A stretch of DNA of 64,000 nt. Origin: Octopus vulgaris. Taxonomy: Eukaryota. Location: NCBI GenBank assembly GCA_951406725.2, contig OX597828.1, positions 19,220,001 to 19,284,000 on the forward strand. The letters are read 5' to 3'. A program made the translations under genes and the position numbers. Numbering within the stretch: position 1 is the first letter of the stretch; every line of letters begins with the position of its first letter. This document shows positions 27,601-41,648 of the stretch, in pieces. The notes below the pieces were generated by a model. The model had not been told where the DNA came from. It saw only the letters and a program-made list of their open reading frames with translations, and ran no database searches.

Positions 27601-28635
27601 TATTTCTATGTTTTTATCATGAAACTCTGAATATAAATATGTGGATATTCGTATGGAATAATACCCCATGTGCTACATCTGAATTTTCTTGTCTGAATGC
27701 TTTAAGACAAATGGAGGTGTAGTCAAATCCTATTTTATGGACTCAACCATGTTCTAAATTAGGTCGAAAGGTAAGCTACTATAAATCGTCACGAACTTTC
27801 CGGACAACCTAATAAAATCACAATCTGTCACACATACTGGCTTGTCCTTTCAGGTGCTTGTGCCACATAAAATGCACCCATGACAGTGCTGCATAAACGC
27901 ACCTATGCCTGTGGCTGGTAAAAAGCACCCAACACACTGTTAAGTGGTTGGCGTTAGGAAGAGCATCTAGCTATAGAAACCATGCCACAGCAGTTGTAGT
28001 CTGGACAGCTCTCCAGCTGGCCAGCTTCATGTTAAACCGTCTGACCCATGCCAGCATGTAAAATAGATGTTAAACAATGATGATGATTATGCTTATGATA
28101 GTATATATATATCATCACACACACACACACACATATATATATATAGAAAGAAGTGTATTCCCACACAGAAAATAATATAGGAGAATTCGTTTTGGGTTGG
28201 AAAATGAACCTGAATCTCAAAACATCTAGTCATTTAAAAATTTTGTTTTAGATTTATTCAAATACCAAACCGGTTTCAACAATTTTTTTTTTTTATCAGT
28301 GATGGAAAGTAAATACATAAGGGATTTAGGAGAGTCTGAAATTACAAGGTAAACTTCAGAAAAATATGTTTAAACAATCAAATGTTCATAGAAATCTCAT
28401 TGAGTTTGAATGTTTGATAAAGATCATAACAAATATACATGATTGAAAGCCCAGTCATATTAAATTTTTATGAAAAATAAAGGAGAAAGAAAAAGAGAAA
28501 AGAGAAAAATGGAGAGAAAGAAAAAGCTTTTTCTACAGTTTCTGTCATAGTGCATGAAGGAGTTCACCAATTTTAGTTCTAGTACACAAAGTTCTTCTAC
28601 AAAGTGTTTTAAGTAAAAATTGTTTAGTATATATA

Positions 28636-29514
28636 CGCGGTCTGATCAATAAGTATCCGGCCTGTTGCCAAAGTAATGAAGCTAAAGCACACAGAGTGAA
28701 GATGCTGGGCACAAATTGACCTTGATCTCTGCTGTTTGTGCACACTAAATTTTAACATTCTAGCTCACTTCTGCTTTTTGCAGCAGTGCTTGGAAGGAAG
28801 GTGTGTAGCGTGTGATCATCACATTGGTCATGATGGAGAAAGTTGTCATGGCAATACCTACTCAGAGGCCTATGCAAAGTTGCAGGAAGTGTATGGAGAA
28901 GAATGTATGAGCCGCACACAAGTATACAAGTGGTTCAGATATTTTCAAGATGGCTGAAAAAATGTCAATATTGATGAATGTCCAGGGAGACCTGCAAACA
29001 GCAGAACTGAGAAAAACATTGCAGATATGCATGCAACTGTGAGGGGAAATTGTCGAATCACCATCTGTGAGTTATCAGAAGATGTGCAGATTAGTTACAG
29101 TTCAGTTCAGTCCATTATCACAGAAGATTTGGGTATGAGATGCATGTCTGCCAAGTTTATGCCAAAACTACTTTCAGCTGACCAAAAAGACACTCGGGTT
29201 TCAGTTGCACAGGATCTTGATTGTGTTGAGAACGATGAATATTTTTTGAAAACTTTGTGCAGACCTCTAAGCAGATATCACCGAGCTTTTGGAAAAATTT
29301 GATGCAGACTCCCTGCTCAACTTTCTCTGTTATGATTAATGCGACAATAATACACTATACACGTTCCTCCCAAGCACTGCTGTAAGCAGCAGAAGTGATC
29401 TAGAACATTAAAACATAGTGCATATGCACAGCAGAGTTCAAAGTCAATCTTTGTCAAGCAACTTCACTGTGTGTGCTTTAACTTTGTTACTAGTGCGACA
29501 GCCTGGATACTTAT
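28636..29514 (+). mobile_element. Deleted mariner-family element with long (~170 bp) imperfect inverted ends
   Basis: N-terminal transposase (EVYGEECMSRTQVYKWF...PGRP...RITICEL...SAKFMPKLL); 28650-28815 is inverted relative to 29350-29514. Confidence 0.8.
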
Positions 29515-32476
29515 GTCTTTTTTTGTTTTGTTTTTTGCCTTTGGTCAGTAAATGTTATCCCTATTTTCTATCTTGAAATCAAAGGAAATCACTATTATTC
29601 CCTTCAAACTTTGCTTATGTCACCTGGACATCAATGTTTTGAAACTGACCTATTTCGCCATTACGTTTCAGACAGATTCAGTGTCTGAGTTGCTGAAGCA
29701 GAAATATTGTTACAGCAAATACTCTGATCAATACCTCAGATTGGCTTCTCAGTTGATTGACCTTAACCACTTGAGCATGTCCCTTGGTGGCTGACAATAT
29801 GTACACCTTTGCTGATGAGCAGGAGTTGTGGGAGAACACCACAGTCATGTATTGAGAGGGATTCTTTCAGGTTTGAATAAATGTAACAAAAGCAAAGTTT
29901 GAAGGAAATAGTGTCCATTTTTCATGGTTTCTAGGGGTAAGCAAAAAGGAAATATCAGTTGCTACCCTAGGACACACTGTTATTATTATTATATCGAGCT
30001 GGTAGAAACATTAGCCCGCCAGGTGAAATGCGTAGCCGTATTTCGTCTGCCGTTACATTCTGAGTTCAAATTCTGCCGAGGTCGACTTTGCCTTTTATCC
30101 TTTCAGTGTCGATAAATTAAGTACCAGTTGCATACTGCGGTCCATCTAATCAACTGGCCGCCTCTCCCAACATTTCAGGCCTTGTGCCTAGAGTAGAAAA
30201 GAATATTATATCTGTTTAAGGCATTGAGCTGGCAGAATTGTTAGCATACTGGTAAAATGCTTAGTGGTATTTCATCGATTCTGAGATCAAATTCCGCTGA
30301 AGTCGACTTTGACTTTTATCCTTTCGGGGTCGATAAATTAAGTACCAGTTGCATATTGGGGTCAATCTAATCGACTGGCTACCTCCCCCAAAATTTTGGG
30401 CCTTGTGCCTAGAGTAGAAAAGAATATTATTATTTCTGTTAAAGGCATTGAGCTGGCAGAATTGTTAGCACACTGGCAAAATGCTTAGTGGTATTTCATC
30501 CATTCTGAGATCAAATTCTGCCAAGGTTGACTTTGCTTTCATTCTTTTCAGGGTCAATAAAACAAATACCAGGTGAGTATTGGGGTTGATGTAATCAATT
30601 ATACCCTTCCCACAAAATTTCAGACCCCATGCCTATCATAAAAAGGGTTAACATATTTATTTGTTTTGCTGTTAAGATTGAAAACAGTCGACTTTGTCTG
30701 TAAAAAAATTTGGACCTGGGTTTGGAGTCAAGCAAACTTCATTCTCCCACCACTGGATTTTTGTTGCTTATTGTTCACTCAATTGATATATTCATGAAAG
30801 AATAGAAACCTGACACTATTCATATATGTATGTATGGATGTATGTAGGTGTATTGTATACATTCAGGTCATGTAAAAATGAACGACGGCTTGTTTATGGT
30901 CCTCCATAAAAAACACAATGGAAGTTTCTGTCCTAAGTGATAATAATGCATAAGCAATCAAGGCTTTGTCTTTTTATATGTATGTCAGTGTATATTCTTT
31001 TTCACTCTTTTATTTGTTTCAGTCACTAGACTGAGGCCATGCTGGGGCACCGCATAAAAAGCTTTTAGTCAAATGAATCGACCCCTGTACTTTTCTTTTA
31101 TAAGACTGGTACACAAGTACCAGTCTTATAAAAGAAAAGTATGTTATATTCTTTGGACCCAGGTCCAAATTTTTTTACAGACAAAGTCGACTGTTTTCAA
31201 TCTTAACAGCAAAACAAATAAATATGTTAACCCTTTTTATGGTAGGCATGGGATCTGAAATTTTGTGGGAGGGGTATAATTGATTACATCAACCCCAATA
31301 CTCACCTGGTATTTGTTTTATTGACCCTGAAAAGAATGAAAGCAAAGTCAACCTTGGCAGAATTTGATCTCAGAATGGATGAAATACCACTAAGCATTTT
31401 GCCAGTGTGCTAACAATTCTGCCAGCTCAATGCCTTTAACAGAAATAATAATATTCTTTTCTACTCTAGGCACAAGGCCCAAAATTTTGGGGGAGGTAGC
31501 CAGTCGATTAGATTGACCCCAATATGCAACTGGTACTTAATTTATCGACCCCGAAAGGATAAAAGTCAAAGTCGACTTCAGCGGAATTTGATCTCAGAAT
31601 CGATGAAATACCACTAAGCATTTTACCAGTATGCTAACAATTCTGCCAGCTCAATGCCTTAAACAGATATAATATTCTTTTCTACTCTAGGCACAAGGCC
31701 TGAAATGTTGGGAGAGGCGGCCAGTCAATTAGATGGACCGCAGTATGCAACTGGTACTTAATTTATCGACCCTGAAAGGATAAAAGGCAAAGTCGACCTC
31801 GGCGGAATTTGAACTCAGAATGTAACGGCAGACGAAATACGGCTACGCATTTCACCCGGCATGCTAACGTTTCTACCAGCTCAATATAATAATAATAACA
31901 ATGTGTCCTAGGGTAGCAACTGATATTTCCTTTTTGCTTACCCCTAGAAACCATGAAAAATGGACACTATTTCCTTCAAACTTTGCTTTTGTTACATTTA
32001 TTCAAACCTGAAAGAATCCCTCTCAATACATGGCTGTGGTGTTCTCCCACAACTCCTGCTCATCAGCAAAGGTGTACATATTGTCAGCCACCAAAGGACA
32101 TGCTCAAGTGGTTAAGGTCAATCAACTGAGAAGCCAATCTGAGGTATTGATCAGAGTATTTGCTGTAACAATATTTCTGCTTCAGCAACTCAGACACTGA
32201 ATCTGTCTGAAACGTAATGGCGAAATAGGTCAGTTTCAAAACATTGATGTCCAGGTGACATAAGCAAAGTTTGAAGGGAATAGTAGTGATTTCAAGATAG
32301 AAGCAAATAGGGAATAACATTTCCTGACCAAAGGCAAAAAAACAAAAAACAAAAAAATAACGTAAGTATCCAGATTGTTGCACTAGTAACAAAGTTCAAG
32401 CACATAAACAGTGAAGTTGCTTGACAAAGATTGACTTTGAACTCTGCTGTGCATATGCACTATGTTTTAATGCTAG
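29400..32476. repeat. Large inverted repeat, arms ~29400-30721 and 31157-32476, 435-bp spacer
   Basis: Arms are reverse complements with scattered differences (mirror ORFs 29924+ / 31763- and 29552+ / 32084-). Confidence 0.95.
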
Positions 32477-33799
32477 TCTTATAAAAGAAAAGTATGTTAT
32501 ATTCTTTTGCCAAATGACTAAATTACGAGGACATAACCACACCAACACCAGATGTGAGGTGATGGAGGAGGACAAATATAGCAACAGACACACATACGCA
32601 TGCAAGCATGCACACACATACACACACATATATGTATATTTGACAGGCTTCTTTCAGTTTCAGTCTACCAAATCTACTCACAAGGCTTTGGTAGATCCAA
32701 GGTTATAGTGGAAGACACTTACCCAAGATGCCACACAGTGAGACTGAACCCAGAACCATGTGGATGGAAACCAAGCTTCTTACCACACAGCCATACCTAT
32801 GCCTGTGTGTGTATATATATATATATATATTGATGATGATATATATGTGTGTGTGTGTGCGTATGTGTATATATCATCATCGTCATCATTATCATTTAAT
32901 TCCCATTTTTCAAGCTGGCAAGGGTTGGGTGGTTTGATAGGAGGTGACCAGCTGAAGGGCTGTTCAGGGTTCATGTCTGTTTTGGCATAGCTGCTATGGC
33001 TGGATACCCTTCCTAATGCCAACCACTTTACAGAGTGTACTGGGTGCTTCTACACAGCTTTTTACATGGCACCATCACCTATGAGCCCACAAGATTAGGG
33101 ATGCTCAGCTGGAGAGGGTTGCAGGAGAAGAGCCTGTATGCAGGGGCAGCCACACTTTTACCTAGCTTGGCATGTCTTTTCAATGTGTGTGTGTGTAAGG
33201 ATATATCAAACAAAAAATATTTTAACAACTCATGGGGTCGATATATTTGACTAAATCTCTACAGGCAGTGCCCCAGCATGGCCACAGTCCAATGATTAAA
33301 GCGAGTCAAAGAATAACAGAATATGCATAACAATACATGTGGAACAGACCCTTTGTATTGAGGAAACTCCTCCAGGATTTGATCACTGAATCTACTGTGA
33401 TAAATATTTTTTTCTACTCAAGGCACAAGGCCCAAAATTTTTTTTTGCGGGCGGCTGTCGATTAGATCGACCCCAGTACTCAACAGGTACTTAATTTATT
33501 GACCCCAAAAGGATGAAAGGCAAAGTTGACCTCAGCAGAATTTGAACTCAGAATGTAAAGATGAAATACCGCTAAGCATTTCGCTCGGTGAGCTAACGTT
33601 TCTGCCAGTTCACCGACTTACTATGATAAATATTGTACATGAGAGATATGTGATTAACTATCAACACCAGTAGTAAACCTTTGATTCAGTTATTCACAGC
33701 TTGATTTAACTATGATGATATTATTTACACCAGGATACATATTGCATCCATTTACACACAATTAAATTGGTTCATAATTACAGCCAACTGTTACATGGG

Positions 33800-34990
33800 T
33801 ATAGGAGACGCTTTAGACAAATATAATTACAGAGATATATTATTGTTGGATCAGATCATGAAAGTTACAGAAAGAGTCATAGTGTAATTAATTAGGAAGA
33901 AAATTAGTCTAGATCAGACGCAGTTTGGTTTTGTACCAGTGAGGAGTATTACTGATGCTTTCTTTCTGGTAAGACAACTGCAAAAGTATTTAGCTAAAGG
34001 TCAGACATTATACTTGGCATTCGTCGACTTGGAGAAAGCCTTTGACAGGATCCTTTGTGATCTGGTGGTCTTGGAGGAATGACTTTTGAGAGTTATAAAA
34101 GCCATGTATATAGTCGCTGCCAGTAAGATGAAAGTTAGCTATGAGTACAGTGACAAACTGCAGAGGCACATGGCTTAGTGGTTAGGATGTTGGACTCATG
34201 ATTGTCAGACTGTGGTTTCAATTCTTAGACTGGGCAATGCATTGAGTTCTGGAACATAACGCTTCATTTCACATTGCTCCAATCCAATCCACTCAAGTGG
34301 CAAAACTAAGTAAACCTGTGGTGGACTAAAATCTTACTCAGGTGAGGAATGTTTGTGTCACTATTTATGACACAGAAGCCAAGAAACTCTATATGACTCG
34401 GGAAGAGTCTACAGTGACAAATTTATAGTATAGGTAGGAGCTCACCAGAACTCTGTTCTCAGTCCCCTCCTTTTTATTATTGCCTCCCAGGCCATAAAAA
34501 CAAAAGGTTCAAGACAGTTAGTCCCTGGGAACTACTGTATACAGATGATCTCATCCTCATAGTGGAATCTGTAAGAGAATCAGAAAAGATTTCCTGGTGT
34601 AGAAACAAAACCTGAAATCAAAAGATCTTAAAGTTAACTTTGCAAAAACCAAAGTCTTAGTAAGCAGGAAAACAGACAGAATTCTATTTCCTTCAGAGAA
34701 ATCGCTATGCTTGATGTGTGGAAAAGGTGGAAGCAAGAATTCCATATGGTGTATATAGAGCAAACTACGGACACACACGAAGTGCAGTGAAATCACAGGA
34801 AGGCTAATGGAGAAAGTAATGTTCATATGTAGCATGGAAAATGTACATGGAAAATACACCCTCAAAAAATCCAGGAAGCTCCCTGGAATGATGGATAGTT
34901 TCTGTTACCTGAATCACCTACTTAGTACCAGAGATGCATACTCTGAAAGTGTAACTGCTAGAAAAAGAATAGGATGGGAAAAGTTCAGGT
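33800..34990 (+). mobile_element. Decayed RTE-clade LINE reverse transcriptase fragment with nested SINE
   Basis: QFGFVP..SITDAFFLVRQLQ, AFVDLEKAFDR, HQNSVLSPLLF, LLYTDDL; nested SINE flanked by TACAGTGACAAA duplication (34146-34157 / 34410-34421). Confidence 0.85.
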
Positions 34991-36376
34991 AGTGCAGGAG
35001 GCGCAGGAGTGGCTGTGTGGTAAGTAGCTTGCTTACCAACCACATGGTTCTGGGTTGAGTCCCACTGTTTGGCACCTTGGTCAAGTGTCTTCTACTATAG
35101 CCTCGGGCTGACCAAAGCCTTGTGAGTGGATTTGGTAGACGGAAACTGAAAGAAGCCTGTCGTATATATGTATGTGCGTGTGTGTGTGTGTGTGTGTGTG
35201 CATGTGCTTGTGTGTGTGTTTGTGTGCCTGTGTTTGTCCCCCCCCCCCCAACATCGCATGACAACTGATGCTGTTGTGTTTACGTCCCCCGTAACTTAGT
35301 GGTTCAGCAAAAGAGACCGATAAAATAAGTACTAGGCTTACAAAGAAGAAGTCTTAGGGTTGATTTGTTCAACTAAAGGCAGTGCTCCAGCATGGCCACA
35401 GTCAAATGACTGAAACAAGTAAAGAGTAAAGAGTACTTAATGCAGCCAACTACTTCGAGTCGGTGAAGCTGTGTACACAGAGAACTGTGAGAAGTAAAAT
35501 GGGGGAAAGAGAATGTTAATGGGACAAGACATATTTCATGTCTGTGTGTGCATTTGCCCATCACTTTTGCTATGTTGTCTCTCTACCTTCTCTGCTCTGT
35601 AGCTATCTCTCTAGTTTCTCTCGGCCCACTGTTCGTGTCTGCCTACAGAACTGGTATTTTATTATGGCCCGTTCTAGCAAGAAGGATGGATATATCATTT
35701 ATAAGAGTACTTTATGTTCAGTGTGGTCACTTGTTGTCCATTTGAATTTCCCAGTGACACAGCCAGGTCAGAGGTCAAGTGGAAACTCATCAATCACTTT
35801 GAGAGGACAAAAAGATTTTCTCGCTTGGTAAGCAAGTAGCGGGTGGATCCGGCGAGCAAGAATTGTTAGATTCAGTTTCAAATCTCAGCCAGGAAAATGA
35901 AATGTGGTTTTAACAGATATATTCAACTGAATGTCTGAAGGCAGTACCCCAGCATGGCCACAGCCCAATGATTCAAACAAGTAACTGAATAACAGAATAT
36001 ATATAACAATACACGCAGAACAGACCCCTTGTATTTAGGAAACCACTCCAGGATATGATTGCGGAATCTACTGTGACAAACATGACACACAAAAGATAGA
36101 TATACGATTAGCTATCAACTCAAACACTAAACCTTTGATTCAGTTAGTCACTGCTTGATTTAACTATCAGGAAAACAAAAGTATGTCAAAGGAGAAAAAA
36201 AGGAAATAAAAAGTAAAAAAAACATCAATTCAATACTTAAGTGCTTCAACTGGTCCTTAGTGGTTGAAGGATGCTGTTTTGGTAATGGTCAGTATAAACA
36301 TTGATGGGCTTTGCTAGCCTCTCGGCTTTTCCTCCCACCTCTCTCTCTCTCTCTCTCTCTCTGTCCCTCTCTCTCT

Positions 36377-36410
<34 letters not shown>

Positions 36411-36576
36411 ATAGTTATCGCCATACTAATATGGCATTCTTATAAAAATAAGAAAAAAGCTGTCCGCTTATTAGCTCAATGAGGCCATTGCCTTAAGTTA
36501 GCTATTTGATACTCAAACTGTATCCATATAACCTTCGAACAAGGGAGGTCAGTCGCTCCACACTACTTGACCGGCA

Positions 36577-36618
36577 GCTACAGACGCGTTTCGGGGTATT
36601 GCCCCTTTTCAATGCAGC
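36577..36618 (-). ncRNA. Type I hammerhead ribozyme, U3-A8 core variant (copy 1)
   Basis: Minus: GCTGCA-TTGAAAA-GGGG(CAATA)CCCC-GAAA-CGCG-TC|TGTAGC; stem I extends via CTGGC/GCCGG. Confidence 0.78.
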
Positions 36619-36938
36619 GTAGCCAGCCAGTAGGTGTCGCTTCCGACAATCTCTGTTCGATGGTTTTATTTACCTAGTTTCGGTGGAATACATCCACTTG
36701 TTTTCAATAATAGAAATATTAAAATAACTAAGTCTCTCTAAAAGAGAACAGCGGCAGCGTTCCCGGAAAATAATAGTTATCGCCATACTAATATGGCATT
36801 CTTATAAAAATAAGAAAAAAGCTGTCCGCTTATTAGCTCCATGAGGCCATCGCCTTAAGTTAGCTATTTGATACACAAACTGTATCCATATAACCTTCGA
36901 ACAAGGGAGGTCAGTCGCTCCACACTACTTGACCGGCA

Positions 36939-36980
36939 GCTACAGACGCGTTTCGGGGTATTGCCCCTTTTCAATGCAGC
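36939..36980 (-). ncRNA. Type I hammerhead ribozyme, U3-A8 core variant (copy 2)
   Basis: Identical motif one period (362 bp) away. Confidence 0.78.
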
Positions 36981-37527
36981 GTAGCCAGCCAGTAGGTGTC
37001 GCTTCCGACAATCTCTGTTCGATGGTTTTATTTACCTAGTTTCGGTGGAATACATCCACTTGTTTTCAATAATAGAAATATTAAAATAACTAAGTCTCTC
37101 TAAAAGAGAACAGCGGCAGCGTTCCCGGAAAATAATAGTTATCGCCATACTAATATGGCATTCTTATAAAAATAAGAAAAAAATAAGAAAAAGCTGTCCG
37201 CTTATTAGCTCCATGAGGCCATCGCCTTAAGTTAGCTATTTGATACACAAACTGTATCCATATAACCTTCGAACAAGGGAGGTCAGTCGCTCCACACTAC
37301 TTGACCGGCAGCTACAGACGCGTTTCGGGGTATTGCCTCCCTTGTTCGAAGGTTATATGGATACAGTTTGTGTATCAAATAGCTAACTTAAGGCGATGGC
37401 CTCATGGAGCTAATAAGTGGACAGCTTTTTTCTTATTTTTATAAGAATGCCATATTAGTATGGCGATAACTATTATTTTCCGGGAACGCTGCCGCTGTTC
37501 TCTTTTAGAGAGACTTAGTTATTTTAA

Positions 37528-37570
<43 letters not shown>

Positions 37571-38339
37571 TCTCTTTTACTCTTTTACTTGTTTCAGTCA
37601 TTTGACTGTGGCCATCCTGGAGCACCGCTTTTAGTCAAGCAAATCTACTCCCAGGACTTTTTCATTTTTCAAGCCTAGTACTTATTCTATTGGTCTCTTT
37701 TGCCAAACCACTAAGTTACAGGGACGTAGACACAACAGCATCATTTGTCAAGTGATGTTGGAGGGACAAACACAGACACACAAACATATACACACACAAA
37801 CATATATGCATGTATACGACAGGCTTCTTTCAGTTTCCACCCACCAAATCCACTCACAAGGCTTTGGTCGGCCCGAGGCTATAGTAGAAGACACTTGCCC
37901 ATGGTGCCACACAGTGGGACTGAACCTGGAACCATGTGGTTGGTAAGCAAGCTACTTACCACATAGCCACTCCTATATATATATACATTTATCTATTTAT
38001 TTATACATACATATATATATATATTCTTTTGTTTGTTTCAGTCATTTGACTGCAGCTGCTTGAGTACTCCTTAAAATCTATATGAATATATACATTGTTG
38101 TTATTGATGGACAATTATGTAATCCGGTTCATTAACTGTTTTTGTGTTGTGTTTAAAATATGTTTTATTCAAAACATTTACTATTTTCTCCAACCCCAGT
38201 TGTTCATACATCTCCTCTGACACATCGTACACCGAAAACAGAACCTTTAAGCCATTAGGAGCCACTACAATACCAATAACAATAATACAATAACACTGCT
38301 TTAAAAAAAATAACATTTCTTAACTCTTTCCACCCAGAA

Positions 38340-38521
38340 CTTAATATATTCCCAGTTTCATTTCGTACAATTTATTTGGATAGAAGAAAAGAGACAAAAA
38401 AAAAAACCAGGCTATATACCCATTGTTTATTTTATCCTCTTGAATTATAAACTCATTATTATCAGCAAAGAACTTTAAACTTATCAACGAGACATATTTC
38501 ACCTTTTACTTCTCTCAACAG
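38340..38521 (+). other. Putative non-coding first exon of VWA5A-like copy 1 (5' boundary approximate)
   Basis: Ends in CAG|GTAAGT; exon and ~260 bp of intron conserved with 50580-51030 upstream of copy 2; matching acceptor TAG at 42429-42431. Confidence 0.6.
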
Positions 38522-39289
38522 GTAAGTAACAACTTACTGCGATAATTTTAAAGCTTCTTCATGGACCGTGATAATTGACAAATGACTTAATCTAAACAAC
38601 GGTCTTTTCTTATAATTAGTTTGTGCTCATTAGTTTTTCTATTGCTTTTAAACGTATTTTTACCCCTTTTGAAATCTATTTCCTCGAAGTTGGTGATATT
38701 GCTTTTACTTTTCTGTAAAAAGTTGCTAAAACATCTATATTGGACATCAATCATCATTGACAGGTGACCTGATCAATATTTATTTTTTCTATAAATGATA
38801 GGGGTTAATGTTTACAATGTTACCTGGAAACAAAAACAAAGAAAATAGAGCAACGGGTGAAATGGATATCTTCTAATGAAATTTTATATTAATATGAAGG
38901 CGCATAGCTTAGTGGTTAGGGCAATCGGCTCACGATTTTAAGGTCATGAGTTCAATTCCTGATGATGCGTTGTGTCCTTGAGCAAGACACCTTATTTCAC
39001 GTTGCTCCAGTCAACTCAGCTGGCAAAAATGAGTTGTACCTGTATTTCAAAGGGCTGGCCTTGTCACACTCTGTGTCACGCTGAATCTCCCTGAGAACTA
39101 CGTTAGGGGTACATGTGTCTGTGGATTGCTCAGTCACTTGCACGTTAATTTCACGAGCAGGCTGTTCCGTTGATTGTATCAGCTGGGATCTTCGTTGTTG
39201 TAACCAATGGAGTGATCCTATATTAATACCTTTCAAATGGCATGCCTTTCTATTCACACTCAAAACACTGAGCATATTTATATAAAATT

Positions 39290-41060
39290 TCATTGAAAGC
39301 TATCAGTTTTCCTCAAAGTTATGGGGAAAAAATTGGACCTTGTGAATTTTCTGAATGTCCTCTCTCCAACCTCTTTTAAAAGATTTTCCCCACAAATTTC
39401 TTTATTATCGTAATCTATTCCGTTTGCAAGCTATTTATATAAAATTTCTTCTTTCTTTATTGCCCACAAGAGGCTAAACATAGAGGGGATAAACAAGGAC
39501 AGACAAAGGGATCAAGTTGATTACATCAACCCCAGTGCGTAACTGGTACTTAATTTATCGATCCCGAAAGGATGAAAAGCAAAGTCGACTCTGGCGGAAT
39601 TTGAACTCAGAATGTAACGGCAGACGAAATAGCGCTAAGCATTTCACCCGGCGCGCTAATGTTTCTGCCAGCTTGCCGCCAGCTCACTATTTATATAAAA
39701 TTTCATTAAAAAAATGAAACCGATTTTCCTAAAAGTTATGAGGGAAAAACTCGGATCTTGTGAATTTTCCGAAAGTCCTCTCCCCACCCCACACTGTTCC
39801 TTTGTGCGCATTTTTGTATGGACTATTATGCTTTTGGAAAGCGAGGAATAGGTAGGGGTAAAGTAAAATTTTGAAAACGTGCAGCACAGAATTTTGTCAG
39901 TGAACAGGTCGCAGTCTCAAAGCAATGAAAATATTTTGGCCAATATAATGACCTTCACCCAAGAACAAAAGAAAGAAAAAAAATAACCAGCCTGGGGAGT
40001 GTTAACAAGTGAGTGGAAAACAAATATGAAAATAAAAAATGCACACTGATGACCCTGGGGTGGTGGGGGGAGGAGACTTTCGGAAAATTCACAAGATCCG
40101 ATTTTTCCGTCATAACTTCAGGTAAAAATGGATATATATTGATTTTTTTGGTTATGGATGATCCAATTCTGAAAAAAAAAATTTCAAAATCGCATTTTCA
40201 AAATTTCAATCCTCCACTCTTCATTTTGCATTTTTCAAGAACCTTTTTCTTTTTTTTGCAAAATACGTAGAAAAATACAAAGATTACGATTTTGGAAAAA
40301 AATCGTTTGTAAAATTTCAGTTTTTCAACAAGCAAAAAAAAAATATATAATATACTCTCAGGCTTTCAAGCCAGCTATCCACATGCTAGAAATAATAACC
40401 AAATCTCACAAAACATAATGAAATTTCAGAAATGTGATTTTTGAAATTTTTGTTTTTTCAGAATCGGATCCTCCATAACTAAAAATGTGGGATTCCGTAA
40501 AAAAAAATCAATATATATCTATTTTACCCGAATTTATGACAGAAAAATCGGACCTTGTGAATTTTCTGAAAATCCCCTAGAAACAACAGCCAACTCTCCC
40601 TTGAATTGCACACCTTTTCCTCTGAATATATTTATAAGTTTTCTTTATTTTTACTGAAAAGGCTCCTTCCATGGTTTTTAAGTGCAAAAATGAACTGGCC
40701 AAAATCGGTCCAGAGTGAGATGATGAAGGGAAGGGGGTTGTATAAAAAATTTTCAAAACTTTTTTCCATAAAATGATGACCCTCTCACCTTCACCCGCCA
40801 TCATTTTGAAGCTGTGGTGAAAAACAAATTGGAAAAGTCCCAACCAAAACAGAGAAATTCCAACTTATGTGGTCTTATTGATCCAAAACTCCTCTGGGAA
40901 AAAATTTTCCTCACAAATTTCTTTACAATCATAATCTATGCTGTTTGAAAGGGATTTGTAAAAACTTTCATTAAAAGATACCCATTTTCCTGAAAGTTTT
41001 GAGGGGAAAAAGCCAGGTTATGTGAATTTTCCGAAACTCCTCTTCCCAATCCCTCGGAAA
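39290..41060. repeat. Decayed repetitive element with recurring TTTTCCT.AAAGTTATG.GG.AAAA...TTGTGAATTTTC.GAA motif
   Basis: Motif (or its 3' half) at ~39305, 39725, 40540 and 40985 on +, and inverted at ~40080; family unassigned. Confidence 0.5.
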
Positions 41061-41374
41061 AATTCTTCTGACCTACCACTAGAACCTACCACTAATGCCC
41101 TGTCTCACTCGCATGTCTACATGCTTCCGTCCACTATTGCTGCCCAAGGTCAAAGAGACCCACACTGGTCTTTTCCTCTTCCAGTAGGGCCCTTCAGCCA
41201 TTGACGTCACTGCCCTGCCCTTTCTTTCTGGTTCACCTCATCCTCACACAGGATTATGTTGTCCGATGTGAATTTATTTAAGACTGTAGGGTGAAATTTC
41301 AGAAGAACTGGCTGCTATTTCGAGCAGGTCGAGCAACTGCGAAGGAGCTGCCTCGTTTATGCTGAAATACTTCT

Positions 41375-41426
<52 letters not shown>

Positions 41427-41648
41427 CCTCCCCTCTCTCTCCCTCAATCTCCATGTCTCTCTTTCACATGTAAATTCATTCACTCTGTTTCTTTTTCTCC
41501 CTCCTTCTCACACAGACATTCTGAGTTCATGCATAGTGTGTGTACGAGAGAGTGACAGGGAGAGAGAGAGATTCATGAGTTTCTTTCTAGGGAGGGCATC
41601 CAGCTTTTCTCTATGGCATAGCACCAAAGAGGTGGCCCTCTGGTTTTA

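Larger units (their letters stand above)
36408..37535 (-). mobile_element. 362-bp tandem hammerhead-containing repeat (2.5 copies plus inverted partial copy) in (TA)n; Penelope pseudo-LTR / non-LTR retrozyme-like
   Basis: GTTATCGCC recurs at 36414, 36776 and 37138; inversion at ~37337 via CC microhomology; (TA)n on both sides. Confidence 0.85.
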
